A stretch of DNA of 32,873 nucleotides, taken from NCBI GenBank assembly GCA_964624225.1, contig CAZUZJ010000002.1, forward strand, positions 1 to 32,873, in the 5' to 3' direction. The notes beneath the pieces were generated by a model, which saw only the letters and a program-made list of their open reading frames with translations, had not been told where the DNA came from and did not search any database. The translations under genes were made by a program, and so were the position numbers. Positions 28,119 through 32,873 of the stretch are shown piece by piece; the first letter of the stretch is position 1, and each line of letters begins with the position of its first letter. This DNA is from an uncultured Desulfobulbia bacterium (GTDB lineage: Bacteria; Desulfobacterota; Desulfobulbia; Desulfobulbales; SURF-16).

Positions 28119-29135
28119 ATGAACATTTTTTTCAATCATGGCAGGGTGGTGCGCATCTCGATGGTGCTGTTTTTTCTGTTTTTTGCATCCTTTTCCTGGG
28201 CCGCGGAGGAGGCCAAAAAGGATGAGGTCGTTGCCAGGGTGAACGACCAACCGGTTATGCGCAAGGATTTTGATGCGGCGGTCAATTCCGCCAAGCAGGA
28301 GTTTGCCGGGATCGGCTGGCAGGAAGGGGACGCGGCCCAGTTGGAGAAACTGCACAACATGGCCCTGGACCGTCTCATCGATCTGGAGTTGCTCTATCAG
28401 GCCAGCAAGAAAGAAGGGATCACGGTCGATAGTGCGGAGGTGGACGAACAACTGGCGGGCTTCAAGAAACAATTTCCCTCGGATGAGGAATTCGCCAAGT
28501 TCATGCAGACCAATGAGCTGACCGAGAAAATCATGAAAGAGCAGCTGTCCCGGCGCATGGCCCTGGAGGGCTTGCAGAAGAAGCTGCGCGAGGATTTCAC
28601 CGCCAAGGCCCAGGTTGGTGATGAGGAGATCCGCAAGTTTTATGATGACAACATGGATAAGATGAAGGAGCCGGAAAAGGTGCGTGCCAGTCACATTCTC
28701 GTCACCGTTGCCGAAAATGCCGATGAGAAGACGAAGGCGGCGGCCATGGCCAAGATCAAGGATATCCAGAAGAAAATCAAGGATGGCGGCGATTTTGCAC
28801 AGCTGGCCAAGGAAAACTCGGACTGTCCGAGCAAGGAACAGGGCGGCGATCTGAACTACTTTGTCCGCGAGCAGATGGTCAAACCCTTCGCTGACGCTGC
28901 TTTTGCCACGCCGGTCGGTCAGGTGAGCGATATCGTCACCACCAATTTCGGGTATCATCTTATTAAGGTGGTGGACAAGAAGGCGGAAACGACTCTGACG
29001 TTTGACCAGGTCAAGGAGAAAATCAAGACCTTTCTGTCACAGCAGGAGCTTGATGTCATGTTTCAGAACTACATCAAGGGACTGCGCGATAAGGCGAAGA
29101 TAGAGCGATTGCTGGCGGCCACCAAAGAAAAATAA
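28119..29135 (+). CDS. Secreted parvulin-type peptidyl-prolyl cis-trans isomerase (SurA/PrsA-like)
   Basis: 338 aa. Signal peptide ...VLFFLFFASFSWA. Parvulin core VRASHILV...CPSKEQGGDLNYFVREQMVKPFADAAF...VGQVSDIVTTNFGYHLIKV. Confidence 0.88.
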   Translation: MNIFFNHGRVVRISMVLFFLFFASFSWAAEEAKKDEVVARVNDQPVMRKDFDAAVNSAKQEFAGIGWQEGDAAQLEKLHNMALDRLIDLELLYQASKKEGITVDSAEVDEQLAGFKKQFPSDEEFAKFMQTNELTEKIMKEQLSRRMALEGLQKKLREDFTAKAQVGDEEIRKFYDDNMDKMKEPEKVRASHILVTVAENADEKTKAAAMAKIKDIQKKIKDGGDFAQLAKENSDCPSKEQGGDLNYFVREQMVKPFADAAFATPVGQVSDIVTTNFGYHLIKVVDKKAETTLTFDQVKEKIKTFLSQQELDVMFQNYIKGLRDKAKIERLLAATKEK

Positions 29136-29308
29136 GGCGGGAATCGCCATCCTTGCGAACGGGCGCCGGTTTTCGGATCAGGACATCTTTCTTATTCAGA
29201 AGAAAAATATCCGCAAACCGGCACCAACCCTTAAGAGTCGCAACATGACTAAAGTGGTCTGTTACCTGGCGGCAGAGCGGCAATCCGAAAAGGTAAAGGA
29301 ATTTTCTG

Positions 29309-29986
29309 ATGGCGAAAATCAGGGTACTGCTGGTTGACGACCATGACGTGGTGCGAAGCGGCCTGAAATCCCTGCTGGGCATGGACAATGAACTTGCCAT
29401 CATCGGTGAGGCGGCCAACGGCGTCGAGGCCCTGGCCAAGGTGGCGGAGCTTGGCCCCGATGTCGTGGTCATGGATATCTCCATGCCGGTGATGGATGGC
29501 ATGGAGGCGGCGCGGCGGATGCGGGTCCGTCACCCTGACTGCCGTATTCTGACCCTCACCGTGCATGAGGACAAACAGTATTTCTTTGAGATGCTGGCCG
29601 CCGGCGCCAAAGGGTATATCACCAAGCAGGCGGCGGCGGAGGATCTGGTCGCCGCCATCAAGGCGGTGGCCTCCGGCAATGTTTATCTGCAGCCGGCCCT
29701 GGCCCGCTGGCTGCTCGAAGATTATCAGCGGCTCAATAAAAGCGGCAGCGCCAACGGCGAGGAGTCCATGCCGTCGGCTGATCTCGATTCGCTCAGCAGG
29801 CGGGAGTTGCAGATTCTCGAACTGGTGGCGGAGGGGCTGACCACCCCGGAGATCGCAAAAAAAATTGATCTCAGCCCGAAGACCGTTTCCCGCCATCGGG
29901 AACGAATCATGAATAAGCTTAATCTCCATTCCACCACCGAGCTGGTCAAGTTCGCCATCCGTACCGGTCTGATCGGGGTGCATTAA
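29309..29986 (+). CDS. Two-component response regulator, NarL/FixJ (LuxR-type HTH) family
   Basis: 225 aa. REC domain (RVLLVDDHDVV, VVVMDISMP, AKGYITK) plus a LuxR HTH (LSRRELQILELVAEGLTTPEIAKKIDLSPKTVSRHRERIMNKL). Confidence 0.93.
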   Translation: MAKIRVLLVDDHDVVRSGLKSLLGMDNELAIIGEAANGVEALAKVAELGPDVVVMDISMPVMDGMEAARRMRVRHPDCRILTLTVHEDKQYFFEMLAAGAKGYITKQAAAEDLVAAIKAVASGNVYLQPALARWLLEDYQRLNKSGSANGEESMPSADLDSLSRRELQILELVAEGLTTPEIAKKIDLSPKTVSRHRERIMNKLNLHSTTELVKFAIRTGLIGVH

Positions 29987-30146
29987 GGATGAATGCGTCG
30001 TAAAAAGCCGTTTTCCCCACTGAGAACACAGCGGGCAGGGGAGATGTTTTCAATGACGCTCTGGTATCTCTGATGTCTCTGTGGTTGATTGTCAGTTCAT
30101 CTCCATGAAGGGATTACGGTTGCTGGCCGGAGATGGGCAGGGTTGT

Positions 30147-30180
30147 CGTCAACTGGCAACCGTCAACTGGCACCGTAACT
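30147..30180. repeat. Tandem direct repeat, about 2.5 copies of a 14-nt unit CGTCAACTGGCA(A/C)C
   Basis: CGTCAACTGGCA at 30147-30158 and again at 30161-30172, then the partial copy CGTAACT at 30174-30180. It lies 19 nt upstream of the preferred kinase start. Confidence 0.6.
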
Positions 30181-30198
30181 TTTCCCGGGAGTTGCCTG

Positions 30199-31713
30199 AT
30201 GCAGGATGATAAGGTGAATCGCTGCGGTATCTTTCCCTCCAGCTTTTTCCGCAGTCTGGTCTTTTTCTCCCTGGTGGCTGTTCTGGTGCTGCCCCTTTAT
30301 ACCTTTTTTTTCCTCTCTCCCTCGTTTGTCGATTTCATCATCAAATCCCATAAGGAACTGGCCATTGATGTTGCCGTGCACATGGAATCGAAACTTATTC
30401 CCGACGAGACTAAAAGCCTGACCCGCGACATCCTGACTCCTCTGGTTTTGCACCGGATCTCCACCACGGCGGAGGATTTCAATCTGCTCAAGGTGCGCAT
30501 CATGTTTCCGGACGGCGAGATATTTTTTTCCAGCACCCCCGGCGAGGTCGGCCGGGTGATCTCGTTTGCCGAGTTCAAGCGGACGGTGGCCACCGGCCGC
30601 CCCGCGGTGCAGATGATCCGCCGGGGTGAGAAGTCGTCGGAAGGACAGGTCATGCCAGGCGACATTGTCGAGACCTATGTCCCTATTCTTCGTGATGGCA
30701 AAACCATCGGTGTCTTTGAAATCTATTACGATGTCACCCGCCAGAAGGAAGAACTGAACAGTCTGGTCCGCTCCCTCTACTGGACCCTCTTCCCCATTGC
30801 CGCCATTCTTTTCTGCGCCGTGGTGTTGAGCTGCCGGCGCGCCAACAGTAACATTGCCCGCCGGATCGTCGCGGAAGCCGAACTGATGCGGCAGGGTGAG
30901 GAGCTGAAGGAAAAAAACGCCGAGCTCACCGAGGTTATTGCGGTCTGTCGAGAACGCCAGCAACGGCTGGAGGAGGCGCAGCAGGCCCATCAGCAGGCCC
31001 AGGAGCAGATCGAGCGGGAAATGTCCAAGCGGGAAAAGATGCGGATCGATCTGCTCCGGCACATGGTGCGGGCCCAGGAGGAGGAAAGGGCGCGGATCGC
31101 CAGGGAGTTGCATGACGAGACAGCCCAGACCCTGACCGCCGCGTCTCTCAATTTCGCCACCCTGAAGAATCTGCTCGCCGCCAGTCCGGAGATGGCCGAG
31201 ATTGTCGGCAACCTCCAGTTCCTCTGCAAGCAGATGCATAATGATCTGTATCGGCTGGTCCATGATCTGCGTCCGGCCCAGCTCGACGACCTCGGTCTGG
31301 TGCCCGCCCTCCGTTATCTGGCCGACGAGGGGCAGAAGGCAACCGGTCTCCGGGTTATTCTGGAAATCGGGGGAGAACCGAAAAAGCTGGAGCCCTTTGT
31401 TGAGACCATCATCTACCGCTTCGTACAGGAAGGGCTGACGAACGTTACGCGCCATGCCGGCACGGAACAGGCCGTTGTTTCCATCATCTATGAGGACAAC
31501 CGGGTGATCGCCCGGGTGGAGGATCATGGCCGCGGTTTTGATCCGAGCCGGCAGCAGCAGAATGGCGGGGGGTGGGGGCTGATCGGCATCTCCGAGCGGG
31601 CCCAGTCCCTGAAAGGTGATTTCCGGATCGAGTCAGCCCCGGGCAAGGGCACGATGATCGAAATCTCCGTGCCCCTGGAAATCGCCTCCTGCCCACTTGA
31701 CGCCTTGCACTGA
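30199..31713 (+). CDS. Sensor histidine kinase, HisKA_3 (NarX/LiaS-like) class, two TM segments flanking an extracytoplasmic sensor domain
   Basis: H-box EERARIARELHDETAQTL, N-box QEGLTNVTRHA, G-boxes DHGRGF and GGWGLIGISERA. TM segments at FFRSLVFFSLVAVLVLPLYTFFFL and LYWTLFPIAAILFCAVVL. I prefer ATG 30199 (GGGAG 7 nt upstream). The longest ORF starts at 30133. Confidence 0.9.
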   Translation: MQDDKVNRCGIFPSSFFRSLVFFSLVAVLVLPLYTFFFLSPSFVDFIIKSHKELAIDVAVHMESKLIPDETKSLTRDILTPLVLHRISTTAEDFNLLKVRIMFPDGEIFFSSTPGEVGRVISFAEFKRTVATGRPAVQMIRRGEKSSEGQVMPGDIVETYVPILRDGKTIGVFEIYYDVTRQKEELNSLVRSLYWTLFPIAAILFCAVVLSCRRANSNIARRIVAEAELMRQGEELKEKNAELTEVIAVCRERQQRLEEAQQAHQQAQEQIEREMSKREKMRIDLLRHMVRAQEEERARIARELHDETAQTLTAASLNFATLKNLLAASPEMAEIVGNLQFLCKQMHNDLYRLVHDLRPAQLDDLGLVPALRYLADEGQKATGLRVILEIGGEPKKLEPFVETIIYRFVQEGLTNVTRHAGTEQAVVSIIYEDNRVIARVEDHGRGFDPSRQQQNGGGWGLIGISERAQSLKGDFRIESAPGKGTMIEISVPLEIASCPLDALH

Positions 31714-31717
31714 TGCC

Positions 31718-32873
31718 ATGTTGACGAGAAAAGGACCATTTTTCTATCTGACCTGTTTTATTACCGGATTTGCCATTCTGGTTTTTGAGCTGCTTTCCTT
31801 CCGGATGCTCGCCCCCTATTTCGGTAATTCAAGCATTGTGATCGGCACCATCATCAACAGCATCCTCCTGGCCCTGGCCATCGGCTATTATCTGGGCGGT
31901 GTTATCGCGGACCGGAAAAAATCCCACAACCTCATGTATCAGGTCATTGTCGTTTCCGCCTGTTACCTCTTTTTTGTCTACCTGACCTATCCCGTCTTTC
32001 TGCGGAGCATTGCCGCCATGCCGGTGGTGACGGGTTCCCTGGTCGCCATTGTCGTTCTTTTTTTCCCGCCGATGATTCTGCTCTCCTTTGTCCCGCCCTA
32101 TCTGATCAAGCTGATTTCCTCAAAGGACGATATCGGCATCAGTTCCGGCATGATTTTTTCCATCTCCACCCTGGGGTCGATTGTGGGGGGAATTGTCACC
32201 ACCTTTTTTCTCATTCCCTTTATCGGCACCAAGATCAGCATGCTGGTCAGCGCCACGGTGCTGTTTCTGCTCGGGGTGGCGGGTCTGCGCAATGTTCGGC
32301 TTTTTTCCCTCGCCCTTGTCCTTGCCCTGCTTTCACCCTTTGCCCTGACCGTGCCCGGTGAATCGCAAATCGTTTATCATGACGAGTCGATCTACAACAT
32401 CATCAGCGTCAAACGTGACGGCGATATCTATTATCTGAAACTCAATGACAACATCGGTCACCATTCCGTCACGATCAATGAGAAGACGGTGTTGACCGGA
32501 ACCTATACGGACATGCATCTGCTTCCCTATCTTTTCGTTGATGCCGAGAGGGCGTTGGTGCTGGGCAACGGTGCCGGCAATATCATGATGCAGGTCGCCC
32601 GTTTTTCCCGGGCGGCCATCGACGGGGTGGAAATTGATCCGGATATCACCCAAGTGGGGGAAAAATATTTCGGCCTTGCCCTTGGTAACACCCGCCGGGT
32701 GTATCACGAGGACGCCAGGGTTTTTCTCAACAAAACCGGGGAGCGCTATGACGTCATCCATGTCGATCTCTTTGCCGGCAATCCCTATATTCCCTTTCAT
32801 CTGGCCACCGTCGAGTTTTTCCGGATGATTGATCGGGCCCTGACCGACGATGGCGTCATCGTCGTCAATTATC
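31718..32873 (+). CDS. Membrane-fused spermidine synthase-like protein (polytopic N-terminal domain + SpeE-like SAM-fold domain); 3' end lies outside the window
   Basis: Not in the ORF track. Hand translation from ATG 31718 is open to the window end (385 codons). It shows several hydrophobic helices, then ALVLGNGAGN, GVEIDPDI and YDVIHVDLF motifs typical of spermidine synthase-type folds. It starts 4 nt after the kinase stop. Confidence 0.8.
   Translation, partial: MLTRKGPFFYLTCFITGFAILVFELLSFRMLAPYFGNSSIVIGTIINSILLALAIGYYLGGVIADRKKSHNLMYQVIVVSACYLFFVYLTYPVFLRSIAAMPVVTGSLVAIVVLFFPPMILLSFVPPYLIKLISSKDDIGISSGMIFSISTLGSIVGGIVTTFFLIPFIGTKISMLVSATVLFLLGVAGLRNVRLFSLALVLALLSPFALTVPGESQIVYHDESIYNIISVKRDGDIYYLKLNDNIGHHSVTINEKTVLTGTYTDMHLLPYLFVDAERALVLGNGAGNIMMQVARFSRAAIDGVEIDPDITQVGEKYFGLALGNTRRVYHEDARVFLNKTGERYDVIHVDLFAGNPYIPFHLATVEFFRMIDRALTDDGVIVVNY

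Noticed and set aside
27933-28958. 341-aa minus-strand ORF opposite the PPIase gene
   Set aside because: It is antisense to a gene with a clear parvulin core; the Leu/Ile/Gly-rich translation has no motifs.
30168-30184. TGGCAC within the tandem repeat as a sigma54 -24 box
   Set aside because: The sequence at the required -12 position is CTTT, with no GC dinucleotide, so the spacing rule fails.
30163-31527. 454-aa minus-strand ORF opposite the histidine kinase; likewise 29249..29983 opposite the response regulator and 32333..32800 opposite the speE-like gene
   Set aside because: The plus-strand frames carry complete H/N/G boxes, REC/HTH motifs and SAM-fold motifs respectively. The minus-strand frames have none.
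21790-32873. GC-content jump (about 45-50% in r-protein genes versus about 60-65% in the cytochrome/TCS region) as evidence for a horizontally acquired island
   Set aside because: tuf, rpoC and parts of secY are also about 55-60% GC by my rough line counts. The low GC is therefore more likely a property of the Lys-rich r-protein genes than a sign of foreign DNA. No integrase, tRNA or direct-repeat borders were seen.
1-32873. Search by eye for tRNA, rRNA, CRISPR arrays and IS/transposase genes
   Set aside because: I saw no cloverleaf-like candidates in the intergenic regions, no regularly spaced repeat arrays beyond the short repeats reported, and no transposase/integrase-like ORFs.

Overview
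This is a 32.9-kb bacterial window in two parts. (1) nt 1-21730 holds the conserved rpoC / str / S10 / spc / alpha ribosomal super-operon, all on the + strand. It runs: 3' part of rpoC, rpsL, rpsG, fusA, tuf, rpsJ, rplC, rplD, rplW, rplB, rpsS, rplV, rpsC, rplP, rpmC, rpsQ, rplN, rplX, rplE, rpsN (short Zn type), rpsH, rplF, rplR, rpsE, rpmD, rplO, secY, map (no adk), infA, rpmJ (a 114-nt gene absent from the ORF track), rpsM, rpsK, rpsD, rpoA, rplQ. A strong hairpin terminator closes it. (2) nt 21790-32873 is an accessory respiratory/regulatory region. It contains an orphan secreted 174-aa protein (-) and a very large secreted multiheme c-type cytochrome (-). That cytochrome is annotated as two ORFs, but they share one reading frame and are separated by a single TGA. 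The region also holds an HAO-like octaheme cytochrome (-), a parvulin-type PPIase (+), a NarL/LuxR-type response regulator plus HisKA_3 histidine kinase (+), and the 5' part of a membrane-fused spermidine-synthase-like gene (+, runs off the window, not in the ORF track). The most interesting signal is the in-frame UGA at 25542-25544 with a hairpin 10 nt downstream. It could be selenocysteine or readthrough recoding, a pseudogene, or a base-call error. The signal-less 9-heme ORF cannot be matured without the upstream signal-peptide ORF. Secondary signals: a sigma54-like promoter and purine-rich repeats upstream of the cytochrome genes; a perfect 14-bp inverted repeat across the rpoC-rpsL promoter; unusually long structured spacers inside the S10 operon; non-ATG starts confined to S-protein genes; and tandem repeats upstream of the kinase gene. 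I found no rRNA, tRNA, CRISPR array, transposase or integrase by eye. The gene content suggests a Gram-negative anaerobe of the Desulfobacterota/deltaproteobacterial type, but that is inference only.
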